From NCBI GenBank assembly GCA_963662615.2, contig CAXXSR010000001.1:352001-416000 (forward strand): a stretch of 64,000 nt of DNA. The letters are read 5' to 3'. The position numbers and the translations under genes were made by a program. Numbering within the stretch: position 1 is the stretch's first letter; each line of letters begins with the position of its first letter. Shown in pieces: positions 9,735 to 21,027 of the stretch. The notes below the pieces were generated by a model. It worked only from the letters and a program-made list of their open reading frames with translations. It was not told the origin of the DNA and ran no database searches. The stretch comes from Dehalococcoidia bacterium. GTDB taxonomy: Bacteria; Chloroflexota; Dehalococcoidia; Bin125.

Positions 9735-9962
9735 TTAGAGGAGGGCGCGCAGTTCCTCCGCAGTCAGGCCGGCTTGGCGGAGGATGCTTCGTAACGTGCC
9801 GGCGGGCAGGTCGCGGTTGCCGTGGACGGGCACAACGACGAGAGCGGCGGCGCCCGGCTTGCGCAGGTAGTGGTGGCTGCCGCGCACGTGTGTGAGCTCG
9901 AACCCGCCGCACTGGAGAGCGCGCACGACACGGCGCCCTCGCAGCCTGGGAAGGCGCGTTAC
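9735..9962 (-). CDS. hicA: HicA-family mRNA interferase toxin; expected start codon reads GTA
   Basis: GFELTHVRGSHHYL, VVPVHGNRDLPAGTLRSILRQAGL. Confidence 0.8.
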   Translation of the reverse strand, partial: VTRLPRLRGRRVVRALQCGGFELTHVRGSHHYLRKPGAAALVVVPVHGNRDLPAGTLRSILRQAGLTAEELRALL

Positions 9963-10192
9963 GCGATCGCGACTTCGAGGTCGACGAGTTCGGGGCCGCC
10001 GCCGGGCGGGACCGGGATGTCCTCTTTGGCGGCGGCCTCGAGGTAGCCGAGGATCGCCTCGCGCGTCTGCTCGAGCGCCTTCTCGCGGGTATCGCCGTAG
10101 GTGGAAAGATAGTTCAGGGCAGGAACAGTGGTGACCCAGACGTTGTCGTCGGCGTCGTAATCGATGAGTACCTTGAAGCGCCGGCTGGTCAT
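9959..10192 (-). CDS. hicB: HicB-family antitoxin (short form)
   Basis: WVTTVPAL...TYGDTREKALEQTREAILGYLE motif; TACAAT box and AGGAAGG upstream. Confidence 0.85.
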   Translation of the reverse strand: MTSRRFKVLIDYDADDNVWVTTVPALNYLSTYGDTREKALEQTREAILGYLEAAAKEDIPVPPGGGPELVDLEVAIA

Positions 10193-10319
10193 GGCACACC
10201 TTCCTGGAGCGGGCGGAGTGTTTCCATTGTACGCCGTAGGTGCAGGAGTGACGTCCGTGCGGGCTGGGGCGGGGACCTCACCCCCGGGCCCCCTCTCCAT
10301 CCGGAGATGGAGAGGGGGA

Positions 10320-10650
10320 GGCGTTCGCCCTTCGACCCTTCGACAAGCTCAGGGTGAGCGGTTTCTTGGACGCGCGCTCGAGGCGCATCCGCGACATCGC
10401 GGCGGTGGTCGTGCCGTTCGCCCCTTCGACAGGCTCAGGACGAACGGGTAGAGAACAGGCTCCTTCGGCTGCGCGAAGGACAGGTCAGGGTGAGCGGGTT
10501 GAGAACAAGCTCAGGGTGAGCGGTTTTTTCCACGCGCGCTCGCAGCTCGTCCGGGGCAGCGCGGGGTTGGGGGTGGCTCGCGCCGGGGGTTGATGAGCGG
10601 GGCGGGGGTCGTGGCGTTCGCCCCTTCGACTGGCTCAGGACGAACGGGTG
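10320..10650 (+). repeat. Mosaic cluster of REP-like families A and B
   Basis: Multiple CCCTTCGAC(A/T)(A/G)GCTCAGG(GTGAGCGG|ACGAACGG) and ACGCGCGCTCG units. Confidence 0.8.
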
Positions 10651-10652
10651 GG

Positions 10653-11543
10653 TCAGTCGATGAGGGCGCGCTCTTTGAGGGTGCGCTGCATGGTGGCGCC
10701 GATGCGGGCGGGGCTGCGGCTGATGGTGGCGCCGGCGTCGGCGAGGGCTTTGATCTTGGCGGCGGCGGTGCCGCTGGCGCCTTCGATGATGGCGCCGGCG
10801 TGGCCCATGCGGCGGCCCGGTGGGGCGGTGGCGCCGGCGACGAAGGCGACGACGGGCTTGCGCATGTGGCGCTTGATGTAGGCGGCGGAGGCCTGCTCGG
10901 CGGTGCCGCCGATCTCGCCGATGAGGACGACGGCGTCGGTGGCGCTGTCGTTGTTGAACAGCTCCAGCACCTCGACCGGGGAGGTGCCGATGAGGGGGTC
11001 GCCGCCGACGCCGACGCAGGTGGACTGGCCGATGCCGAGTCGGCTGAGCTGGTCGACGGCCTCGTAGACGAGGGTGCCGGAGCGGGAGACGACGCCGACG
11101 CGGCCGGCGCTGAAGACGTTCGTCGGCATGATGCCAACGCGGCACTTGGCGGCGGGGGTGATCAGGCCGGGGCAGTTGGGGCCGATGAGGCGGCTGCGAC
11201 CGTCGCGCAGCGCCGCCTTCACGCGCAGCATGTCCTGCACGGGCACGCCCTCGGTGATGCAGATGATCAGGGGGACGGCGGTGGCCACGCTCTCCAGGAT
11301 GGCGTCGGCGGCGCCGGGGGCGGGCACGAAGATGATGGAGCAGGTGGGCTTGCGTCGGGCGACGGCCTCCTCGGCGGTGTCGTAGACGGGGAAGCCCTCG
11401 AAGCGGGCGCCGCCGCGGAAGGAGGGGTGGACGCCGGCGACGACGTCGGTGCCGTAGGCGAGGGAGCGGCGGATGTGGTTCTGCCCCTCGGCGCCGAGGC
11501 CCTGGACCATGACGCGCGTACGTCGGCCGACGAGGATGCTCAT
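10653..11543 (-). CDS. sucD: Succinyl-CoA ligase alpha subunit
   Basis: [44 protein letters not shown] (phospho-His). Confidence 0.95.
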   Translation of the reverse strand: MSILVGRRTRVMVQGLGAEGQNHIRRSLAYGTDVVAGVHPSFRGGARFEGFPVYDTAEEAVARRKPTCSIIFVPAPGAADAILESVATAVPLIICITEGVPVQDMLRVKAALRDGRSRLIGPNCPGLITPAAKCRVGIMPTNVFSAGRVGVVSRSGTLVYEAVDQLSRLGIGQSTCVGVGGDPLIGTSPVEVLELFNNDSATDAVVLIGEIGGTAEQASAAYIKRHMRKPVVAFVAGATAPPGRRMGHAGAIIEGASGTAAAKIKALADAGATISRSPARIGATMQRTLKERALID

Positions 11544-11639
11544 GTTTTTCCTGTCGGGCTAACCGAGATGATGTGGTCCCTGAACGTCGATGGGTTCGCA
11601 GCCGGGGCGTGCCGCAGTATTGACTTCCTAACGGCCTCC

Positions 11640-12050
11640 GGCTTTTTCGACGCGCGCTCGCGGGTCATCCGGGCTCGCGCGGCGTTGGTGGCGGCTCGCG
11701 CCGGCGGTTGATGAGCGGGGCGGTTTTTTTGACCCGCGCTCGCGGGGCATTCGGGGTCGCGCGGCGTTGGTGGCGGCTCGCGCCGGCGGTTGATGAGCGG
11801 GGCGGTTTTTTTGACCCGCGCTCGCGGGGCATTCGGGGTCGCGCGGCGTTGGTGGCGGCTCGCGCCGGCGGTTGATGAGCGGGGCGGTTTTTTTGACCCG
11901 CGCTCGCGGGGCATTCGGGGTCGCGCGGCGTTGGTGGCGGCTCGCGCCGGCGGTTGATGAGCGGGGCGGTTTTTTTGACCCGCGCTCGCGGGGCATTCGG
12001 GGTCGCGCGGCGTTGGTGGCGGCTCGCGCCGGCGCCTGATGAGCGGGGCG
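11640..12050 (+). repeat. Tandem array of five 82-bp family-A units between sucC and sucD
   Basis: GAC(C/G)CGCGCTCGC recurs at 11649, 11731, 11813, 11895 and 11977 (period 82); units near-identical, no spacers. Confidence 0.95.
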
Positions 12051-12068
12051 GGGGTCCTACTGGCGGTG

Positions 12069-13340
<1,272 letters not shown>

Positions 13341-13469
13341 GGCGGCGGAGCTCCCGGGCGCAGCGGCTCGTCTTGGCGGTCGGCGCAAGCAGGCCAGGTG
13401 GACGATAGCTCCGCGCTGGGGGTGCGGCAAGAACGGTGGCGCTGGGGCGGGGATGGCAGTCGCAGGCCA

Positions 13470-14112
13470 CTTTATCGACGCGCGCTCGCGGGTCGCCGGG
13501 GGTCGCGCGGCGTTGATGGCCGCTCGCGCCGAGGGTTGATGATCTGGGCGATATTTGGAGCGTTCGTCCTTCGACCCTTCGGCAAGCTCAGGACAGGCAG
13601 GCTCAGGGCGGACGGACGACATCACCCCCCGGCCCCCTCTCCATCCTTCCGCTGGAAGGATGGAGAGGGGGAGCGATGGATATCGTCATTCGACAGGTTC
13701 CTTCTGCTGCGCGAAGGACAGGTCAGGAGGACCGGCTTTTTCCGACGCGCGCTCGCGGGTCGTCGGGGCTCGCGCGGCGTTGGTGGCCGCTCGCGCCGGC
13801 GCCTGGTGATCGGGGCGGTGGTCGTCTCGTTCGCTCTCTGCGAAGCTCGTCCGGGAAGCGCGCGCCGTATCCTGAGTGAGCAGGTTTTTCGACGCGCGCT
13901 CGAATCTCGTCCGAATGTGCACCGCGTTGGTGGCGGCTCGCGCCGAGAGTTGATGAGCTGGGAGGTGGTCCTTCCGTTCGCCCCTTCGACAAGCTCAGGA
14001 CGAACGGATGGGGCGTCCAGGGGAGGCAGGTTCAGGAGGACCCTTCGACAAGCTCAGGACGAACGGGGGATTGCCGCGTTCGCCCTTCGACAAGCTCAGG
14101 ACGAACGGATGG
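13470..14112 (+). repeat. Mosaic intergenic cluster of repeat families A, B and C
   Basis: Three A units, several B units, and one CCCCCTCTCCATC...GATGGAGAGGGGG hairpin. Confidence 0.85.
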
Positions 14113-14159
14113 GGCGTTCAGGGCGGCGGGTTCAGGAGGAACGGGGTTCTGGATGATTC

Positions 14160-15722
14160 ATGGCTGAACTGTCATCGCGGAGGGGGCACGAGCGTTCGTC
14201 GCTGGGCGGTGGCGTGAGCCGGCGGACGTTCCTGCGTCGGGGGGTGCAGGCGACCGCGGGCGCAGCCGGGCTGGCGCTGGTGGGCTGCGGCGGCAGCGCC
14301 AACAGTGACAGCGCCAACAAAGACGAGGTCGACGCGGTGGCGCCGGTCGCTGAACCCGCGTCGGCAGCTGGGCCGGCGCCGAGGGTTGAGCCCGTGCCGA
14401 ATGTCGAGCCCGTGCCGAATGGCGAGCCGGCGCCGGCAGTCGCGCCTGGCGGTGAGCGACGCCGGCTGCTCCCCGACCGTCGTTGCGATGCCTGCACGAT
14501 TGAGGATCCCGAGTTCGAGCCGCTGCCGGGGGCGCGGGCGCGCTTCGGGATCCACGAGGGCGCGGCGTACCGCATGGAAGCGCCGCAGAATTGGAACGGG
14601 ACGTTGGTGCTGTGGGCGCACGGCTTCCCCGGCCTCAACGACGCGGGGACGGACTACAGCGACGTGCTGCGCTTCGGCGGGCAGATCGAGGGACGCGAGG
14701 AGTTGATCGCGAACGGCGTCGCCTGGGCGGCGAGCACGTATGGGGCGACGGGCTACGTGCCGGCGGTGGGCGTGGACGACCTGCTGGAGGTGAAGGATCT
14801 GTTTGCGGCGGAGTTCGGGGCGCCGGCCCGCAGCGTCTGCGCGGGCGGGTCGATGGGTGGGGCGACGGCGCAACTGATGGCGCAGGAGTTTCCCGAGGAG
14901 ATCGATGGCGCGGTGGCGCTCTGCGGGGCGCTGTCCAACGTGGAGGTGGTGGACTACATCTTCTCCTGGCACGCGCTGGCGTTGTGGTTTTTGGGGGCGC
15001 CGCCGGAGCGTACGGACGCGGCCAGCCTGATCGCGTGGGCGGGGCCGCTGGGGACGGTGGACCAGTCGGGCGAGTTGCGGCTCAGTGCCGCCGGGCGCCG
15101 GTTCGCCGCCGTGGTGCGCAGGCTGACGGGGGGCGAGCGCTGGGGCTTTGAGGCGGGACTGGCGGATCACTGGCGCACCGGCTTCGGGCTGGGCGCCGTC
15201 TACTGGCCCGCGGTCCTGGCGACGGGGCTGGCCGGCACGCCGGGGGCGGTGGTGCGCGTCGATCCGGCCGTGGTGGGGGGCGTGGACACGCGGGGGGCCG
15301 TCTACGGCGCCGAGCCGGGGGTGGGTGTGGATGCGGCGGCGCTCAACGCCGAGGTCCTGCGCTTGACCGTCGATGCGGCGGACCGACGCGATCCGGCCCT
15401 GGGCGTGGCCACGGGGCGGCTGGGTGTGCCTCTGCTGACGCTGAAGAGCACGGGCGACCTTTGGACCCCGATCTCGCTGGAGGCGTCATATCTGGCGCGG
15501 GTGCGCGCCGCCGGCGACGAGGACAATCTGGTGACGCGAGCGGTGCGCCGCGCCGGGCACTGCAACTTTTCACCGCAGGAGGTGCTGCGCGCGATCCTGG
15601 ACTTGCAGCGGTGGGTGGAGAGCGGCGAGCGCCCCGCCGGGGACGATCTCAGCGGCGACCTGCGCGCCGCGGGCGTGGCCTTTACGAACCCGTTTGACCG
15701 GGACGATCCGCTAGCGCGGTAA
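14160..15722 (+). CDS. Tat-exported lipoprotein, alpha/beta hydrolase fold
   Basis: SRRTFL Tat motif, ALVGC lipobox, NWNGTLVLWAHG, GGSMGG, GHCNF. Confidence 0.8.
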   Translation: MAELSSRRGHERSSLGGGVSRRTFLRRGVQATAGAAGLALVGCGGSANSDSANKDEVDAVAPVAEPASAAGPAPRVEPVPNVEPVPNGEPAPAVAPGGERRRLLPDRRCDACTIEDPEFEPLPGARARFGIHEGAAYRMEAPQNWNGTLVLWAHGFPGLNDAGTDYSDVLRFGGQIEGREELIANGVAWAASTYGATGYVPAVGVDDLLEVKDLFAAEFGAPARSVCAGGSMGGATAQLMAQEFPEEIDGAVALCGALSNVEVVDYIFSWHALALWFLGAPPERTDAASLIAWAGPLGTVDQSGELRLSAAGRRFAAVVRRLTGGERWGFEAGLADHWRTGFGLGAVYWPAVLATGLAGTPGAVVRVDPAVVGGVDTRGAVYGAEPGVGVDAAALNAEVLRLTVDAADRRDPALGVATGRLGVPLLTLKSTGDLWTPISLEASYLARVRAAGDEDNLVTRAVRRAGHCNFSPQEVLRAILDLQRWVESGERPAGDDLSGDLRAAGVAFTNPFDRDDPLAR

Positions 15723-16018
15723 CGCGCTCTTTTCAGGGGGGACCGAAAAGCGGGCGGCGCGGCAGAACAGGGACCGTCCGGCCGCATTCCAGGAGATGGC
15801 GTCACGCGTATGGGGAGGCGAAACGGAGCGGGGGCATTGTTTATTGATGTTGGCGATGTGTGCTTTCAAGGTGTGGTCGGCTTTTTTACGTCGTAGGTCA
15901 TTTGGGTTGCCCTTTGTTTTCTTGCTGCTGTGAACTGCCTGGGTATCAAGCTGGGAATCGGGGCGAAATGTGCGCCTTGTTAGACGGCGCGCCGCCTCTA
16001 TCGATCGCCGCTTCGAAC

Positions 16019-16441
16019 CTATGGGAGGTGCCCCAACGCCCGGAGTATCGCCATGTTGTCCCAGGTCACCCACCACTCCGAGATCTTTCCATTCTCCAGG
16101 CGGAAGACAGCCCCGAAATCAAACCGCGCTGTTATCCCCGAAGGCGGAAACGGCCCCATCGGCCCCTTCTGTGTGCCCTCGTACGTCGCCCATACGGCTA
16201 CGAGATCGTCCTCGGCAACGAGATGCGTGATCGTCTGAGTGGAATCGGGAAAGACTTCCGTGTCCTGCCGTAGAAAATCCTTGACCTGATTAAGACTGCG
16301 GACGTCGAGACCCGGAGTTGCCTGGCAATGCCGGACGACGTCCGTAGCGATGAGGTCGTCGAGCCCATCAAGCTGACGGCTGTTCATGGCTTCCCAGAAC
16401 CGCCGGATCACGGCCTTGTTCTGCTCGCTGGTCGTGGGCAC
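16019..16441 (-). CDS. SnoaL-like ester cyclase
   Basis: NKAVIRRFWE, FPD...LVAEDDLV, GTQKG, FRLENGKISEWW; AGGAG RBS. Confidence 0.85.
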   Translation of the reverse strand: MPTTSEQNKAVIRRFWEAMNSRQLDGLDDLIATDVVRHCQATPGLDVRSLNQVKDFLRQDTEVFPDSTQTITHLVAEDDLVAVWATYEGTQKGPMGPFPPSGITARFDFGAVFRLENGKISEWWVTWDNMAILRALGHLP

Positions 16442-16619
16442 CGAGATTCTCCTTCCCTACCTGTCTCGCATCCCTCGCATGTACAGTCGGGCGGTCCGCA
16501 GTGAAGGCCATGATCTTGTAATTCCCAGATCAAAACTGATTGCCCTGCACGTGGGACCCTCTGGCGTGCCGTGAACTATAAAACGGCAGCGCCCCCTTTC
16601 GGTCGCCGGGATCACCGTG

Positions 16620-17162
16620 TTAGTGCTGCCGACGGAACTGCGTTTCGATGTCGTTGATGATCTCGCCGGCGCGCGCTTCGAATTCTCGGGCCAGACCCTC
16701 CCAATCGCGTCGTTGCCGCTGCTCCGCCCTCTTGCGGCGGCGCGGGGAGGGGCTCAGGCGCATGCCGGTGACGAGCGTGATGCTGAGTGCGAAGACCGTC
16801 CAGCCCCAGGCGGTGGCGTCGCCCTGCGAGTTGGCGAAGTCGATGGTCTGAGTGGTGAGGAGGCCGAGGAGGATCGCCAGCGTCGTGGCGATGGGCTCGA
16901 ACCGGGGGACGCGCAGGCGGACGTCGGCGCCGTGGAGTTCCAGGCCCAGGATCTGGGGCCGGCGGCGCGTCTCGTCACCGCGGCCGAAGGGGAGCAGGCC
17001 GCCCCCGAGCAGGGTGTCGCGGGCGACGATGGCGGTGGCCAAGCCGAAGGCGACCCAGGCCACCCAATGGGTGTCGCCGTCGGAGTCGAGGAAGTCGAGG
17101 GTGCCGACGACGAGGAGGCCCAGCAGCACGGTCGTGGCGGCCGGGAGCACGCTCAGCGTCAT
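16620..17162 (-). CDS. Hypothetical membrane protein (four TM, internal duplication)
   Basis: Two similar halves (LDFLDSDGD / IDFANSQGD); TACCAT 6 nt before ATG. Confidence 0.65.
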   Translation of the reverse strand: MTLSVLPAATTVLLGLLVVGTLDFLDSDGDTHWVAWVAFGLATAIVARDTLLGGGLLPFGRGDETRRRPQILGLELHGADVRLRVPRFEPIATTLAILLGLLTTQTIDFANSQGDATAWGWTVFALSITLVTGMRLSPSPRRRKRAEQRQRRDWEGLAREFEARAGEIINDIETQFRRQH

Positions 17163-17176
17163 GGCGGCATGGTACC

Positions 17177-17610
17177 GGTTTTTTTGACGCGCGCTCGCGG
17201 GTGATTCGGGGTCGCGCGGCGTTGGCGGCGGCTCGCGCCGGCGGTTGGATGAGCGGGGCGGTTTTTTTTGACGCGCGCTCGCGGTTTTTTTCACGCGCGC
17301 TCGCGGGTGATGCGGGGTCGCGCGGCGTTGGTGGCGGCTCGCGCCAGCGCTTGATCAGAGGGCACGGTTTTCTTGACGCGCGCTCGCGGCTTTTTTCACG
17401 CGCGCTCGCGGGTGATTCGGGGTCGCGCGGCGTTGGTGGCGGCTCGCGCCGAGGGTTGACGCTGTGGGCGATGTCGGCGCCACTCGTCCTTCGACCCTTC
17501 GACAGGCTCCTTCCTAGGACGGAAGGACTGGTCAGGACGAACGGATTGGGCGTTCAGGGAAGGCAGGCGGAGGAGGCCCCTTCGTCCTTCCCGAGGGGAA
17601 GGATCAGGGC
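17177..17610 (+). repeat. Cluster of family-A units plus B and D units
   Basis: Seen directly in sequence. Confidence 0.85.
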
Positions 17611-17661
17611 CGGCTCTTGGGCCCTTCCGTGAGCGCAGGGGGGCCGAGATATTCTGGGAAC

Positions 17662-18303
17662 ATGGGGCCAGCTGACGATCCGCCGGCGCGCGTCTGGAGC
17701 GCACGCGACCTGGCCGAGTTCCGGCCGCACATCCTGCTGGGCATTCTGCCCATTGCGGTGTTCTGGTCGGTGCGGCAGGTGGCGGAGACGCCGGTGGCCA
17801 TTGGCGCCGGTTTCGCGGCGGCGCTGCTGGTGTTCGCCGTCAACCGCCAGCGCGGAACCATTGGCTATCTGGCGCTGGCGGGCATGGTGGTGGTGGGGGG
17901 CGCGTCGCTGGCCGGCATTGTCCTGGACAGCGATAAGGCGTTCCTGGCCAACGATGCTGTTGGCGACTTCGTCGCTATGTTCGCCTTCGCCGGCAGCGTG
18001 CTTATTGGGCGGCCGCTGTTGGGCGTTCTGGTCTGCGAGGTGTTTCCGCGACTGTCGTCCGTTCTGGGTCCGCGGCATCCGGTCTTCGTGCGGCTGTCGC
18101 TGCTGTGGGCCGTGCAGAACCTGTTGACCGGGGTGGTGCGGGTGGTGATGTTGCAGGAGTTCTCGACGGATGAGTACATCCTCTTCAGCCGCGCGGTGTC
18201 GTGGCCGCTGGGGCTGGGCCTGTTCGCCGTTTCGTCTTTCTTGATCGCTCGCGCGGTGCGTGAGCGTGTGCTCGCGGCGCAGACGGGGGACGGGTCGGGC
18301 TGA
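17662..18303 (+). CDS. Multi-TM membrane protein (DUF3159/VC0807-like)
   Basis: GSVLIGRPL, FVRLSLLWA motifs; five to six hydrophobic helices. Confidence 0.65.
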   Translation: MGPADDPPARVWSARDLAEFRPHILLGILPIAVFWSVRQVAETPVAIGAGFAAALLVFAVNRQRGTIGYLALAGMVVVGGASLAGIVLDSDKAFLANDAVGDFVAMFAFAGSVLIGRPLLGVLVCEVFPRLSSVLGPRHPVFVRLSLLWAVQNLLTGVVRVVMLQEFSTDEYILFSRAVSWPLGLGLFAVSSFLIARAVRERVLAAQTGDGSG

Positions 18304-18361
18304 GGGGGCAGGCGAGCGGCGGTCGAGCGCGCCCGCACCATGCGGACGAGGCCGCGCCTGC

Positions 18362-19147
18362 TCAGGTTGTTCCCGGCGGTGGCGCTGCCGCCGCGTCGCC
18401 GTTCATGCGCGTCAACGTCTCTTGCAGGTCCGCGATGCGGTCCTCCAGCCGATGAAGCTGGGTCATCACGTCATCGGTCGGGCTCCGCGGGTTCCGATCA
18501 TTGTTCTCGGACTCCAGGAAAAAGGCGGCAATGTTGGCCGTGAGGATGCCGAAGAAGCCGATGCCGACCAGCATCAGCGCTACGCCCAGGACGCGGCCCT
18601 CGGTGCTGACCGGGACAGTGTCGCCGTAGCCCACCGTGGTCACGGTCGCCGTCGCCCACCAGAGCGCCGTGCCGAAGTCGGCAATGGTGCCCTCCGTATC
18701 CTCCTCCAGGACGGAGACGGCGCCGGCGGTGCCTATCACGAAGATGACGCTGGTGAGAACGGCGTAGTGGAGCGAGTGGCGGCCGAACAGCCGTCCACCC
18801 CGCTTGTGCGCGCGCATCAGAAGCGCCCCGAGTCGCAGGGCTCGTACTACTCGCAACGCCCGCAGCGGTCGCAGGAAGGGCACGATCACGATGACCACGT
18901 CGTACCAGTGGCTGATCAGGTACGAGCGGCGGTCCGGCGCGAGATAGGTCTTGACCCCCAGCTCCACGGCGAAGAGCGCCCAGATCCCGTAGTCGGCGGC
19001 GAGCAGCGCCGTTTCGGCGGCGTCCGGCAGCTCTGCCACGAAGGGGATGACGAGCATGGGAACGATCAGCAGCGAGATGACGGTCATGGGCACATCGGTC
19101 GCGCGTTCGAACCTGGCAAAGGCCCGTTGACGGCGTTCTAGCTCCAC
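18362..19147 (-). CDS. Voltage-gated potassium channel family protein
   Basis: TTVGYGD selectivity filter; S4-like LRPLRALRVVRALRL; GAGGAGGT RBS with GTG start. Confidence 0.9.
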   Translation of the reverse strand: MELERRQRAFARFERATDVPMTVISLLIVPMLVIPFVAELPDAAETALLAADYGIWALFAVELGVKTYLAPDRRSYLISHWYDVVIVIVPFLRPLRALRVVRALRLGALLMRAHKRGGRLFGRHSLHYAVLTSVIFVIGTAGAVSVLEEDTEGTIADFGTALWWATATVTTVGYGDTVPVSTEGRVLGVALMLVGIGFFGILTANIAAFFLESENNDRNPRSPTDDVMTQLHRLEDRIADLQETLTRMNGDAAAAPPPGTT

Positions 19148-19321
19148 GGTGCACCTCCTCAGGCGATGCGGCAGCGGTTGGGGGCATGGTAGGGAGCCGC
19201 GCATCTTCCCCAAGGGGGCGATGATGTGTCGCCGGGGTGCCTCCCCCCGGCCCCGTTTTTCTCTCCCACCCACCCACCCTGGGCGACCGGGGGCTCCAGT
19301 GGTCACTGTCGTTCGCACCTC

Positions 19322-19412
19322 CGTCCTTCCCGAGGGGAAGGATCAGGACAGGCAGGCTTCCTTCCGCGCCGCGGAAGGACTGATCGCCTTCCATGCGGGG
19401 AAGGACAGGTCG
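19322..19412 (+). repeat. Family-D multi-hairpin repeat (also at 57565-57660 and 57714-57828)
   Basis: CGTCCTTCCC-N-GGGAAGGATCAGG...TCCTTCCGCGCCGCGGAAGGACTGATCGCCTTCC near-identical at three sites. Confidence 0.85.
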
Positions 19413-19602
19413 GGACAGGTGAGGACGGGCGGGATCGCCCCGCGGCGCGAAGGAGGGATGAAGGCGAACGAAGGCTGGCGTGTCCGTGATCGGCCGTCCC
19501 CTCTCCTGTACTGGGGGCCGACCCGTAAGGACTCGCCGTGGTGTGTCGATGATTAGCGCAGAGGAGCCATTCGGTTCACCGCGTGGAGGATGGCGCAGCC
19601 CT

Positions 19603-20322
19603 ATGCAGAGCCAGGCCTACGCCCCGGACAGCGCCCCGGACAGCGCCGCGATTGATTACGTGCGGCGGATTCCGCCCCTCCCGCGCGCCTGCCGGCGAGT
19701 CATCGCGATTAGCAGGGACCCGGGCGCGAGCGGGCGCAAGCTGGCAGCCGCGATTGGTTCCGATCCGCGCATGGCCATGAAGGTGATGGGCTACGCGAAC
19801 AGCGCGGCGCTGGCGCGACGGTCGCCCGCGCAGACGGTGGCGGAGGCGGTGATGCGCATTGGCTTCGAGGAGGCGCGGCGGCTGGCGCTGGGCGCGGCCA
19901 TGCTGTCCACCTTCGGGGCGCGCACCTCCCTCCTCGATCTTGATGACGTGTTCAACCAGGGGGTGGAGGTCTCCCGCGCCTGGGGGGCCGAGGGCGAGGT
20001 GGCCGGCGTGGCCGGGGTGCTCCAGCACGTGGGGCTGCTGGCGATGACGGTGGATTCGCAACGGTTTCGCAATTACGTGCTGCAAGTGGCGCGAACACGG
20101 GACTACGAGGACCTGCACTGCCTGGAGCAGCAGCTGTACGGCGTGACCCGCTGCGATCTCACGGCGCTGGCGGCCGTGGCGTGGCGGCTGCCGCGCCCGA
20201 TCATTGACGTGCTCTCGCAGTGGCACGTGTGCCGGCCAGGGGACCTGACCTTGTACGTCGCCGCGCATGCGTGCGCGGAGGCGTCGCCGTCGCCGCTGCT
20301 GCGGTGGCTGGGAATTCGCTAG
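19603..20322 (+). CDS. HDOD domain protein
   Basis: IPPLP, DPRMAMKVMGYANSA, TVAEAVMRIG, GVLQHVG, WRLPRPI. Confidence 0.8.
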   Translation: MQSQAYAPDSAPDSAAIDYVRRIPPLPRACRRVIAISRDPGASGRKLAAAIGSDPRMAMKVMGYANSAALARRSPAQTVAEAVMRIGFEEARRLALGAAMLSTFGARTSLLDLDDVFNQGVEVSRAWGAEGEVAGVAGVLQHVGLLAMTVDSQRFRNYVLQVARTRDYEDLHCLEQQLYGVTRCDLTALAAVAWRLPRPIIDVLSQWHVCRPGDLTLYVAAHACAEASPSPLLRWLGIR

Positions 20323-20333
20323 CAGCCGGACTT

Positions 20334-20439
20334 AGGGCCGGGGGCAGGGCCGGGGGCAGGGCCGGGGGCAGGGCCGGGGGCAGGGCCGGGGGCAGGGCCG
20401 GGGGCAGGGCCGGGCAGGGCCGGGGGCAGGAGCGGGGGT
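20334..20439 (+). repeat. 12-bp tandem repeat AGGGCCGGGGGC (seven perfect, two variant units)
   Basis: Seen directly between the HDOD and sigma factor genes. Confidence 0.95.
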
Positions 20440-20447
20440 AGGAGCGA

Positions 20448-20987
20448 GTGGAGATGGCGGGCGGCGAGGGCGGAATGGCGATGGACCAGGAGCGCTTCGA
20501 CGCGATCTACCGCGAGAACGCGGACTCGGTGTTTCGCTACGCGATGTCGTTGCTGAGCAATCCCACGCGGGCGGACGACGTGAGGGCGGAGGTGTTCCTG
20601 CAGGCGTGGCGCAAGCGCGAAAGCTTCCGCGGAAGCGGCAGCGTGCGCTCGTGGCTGCTGTTGATCACCCACAACTGCGCCATCTCGCTGCTGCGGAAGG
20701 TGGGGCGAGAGGTGGTGGACAGCGAGCAGGTTGACGCGGTGGAGCCGGCGTCGGCGGACGACGACGCGGTGGAGGGCATGAGGGTCGAGGACGGGCGCGT
20801 GCAGTGGGCGCTGCGCCGGCTGACGGCCGAGCAACGGCAGGTGATCCTGCTGCGATTCGTGGCCGGCTGGTCGCACGACTGGATCGGCGAGCGGATGGGG
20901 CGCGACGCCACCGCGGTCCGGTCGATGCAGTACCGGGCGCTGCGGAAGCTGCGCGACCTGATGGGCGAGCAGGAGCGCGCCGCCTAG
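20448..20987 (+). CDS. ECF (sigma-70 family) RNA polymerase sigma factor
   Basis: Region 2 ADDVRAEVFLQAW...SWLLLITHN; region 4 LTAEQRQVILLRF...VRSMQYRALRKLR. Confidence 0.88.
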   Translation: MEMAGGEGGMAMDQERFDAIYRENADSVFRYAMSLLSNPTRADDVRAEVFLQAWRKRESFRGSGSVRSWLLLITHNCAISLLRKVGREVVDSEQVDAVEPASADDDAVEGMRVEDGRVQWALRRLTAEQRQVILLRFVAGWSHDWIGERMGRDATAVRSMQYRALRKLRDLMGEQERAA

Positions 20988-21027
20988 CGCGGCCGGCTCG
21001 GCGCCAGGACTCCGACGCCGTTGGGCG

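Noticed and set aside
11640-12050. CRISPR array
   Set aside because: Units are contiguous 82-bp copies with no unique spacers, and no cas genes are present
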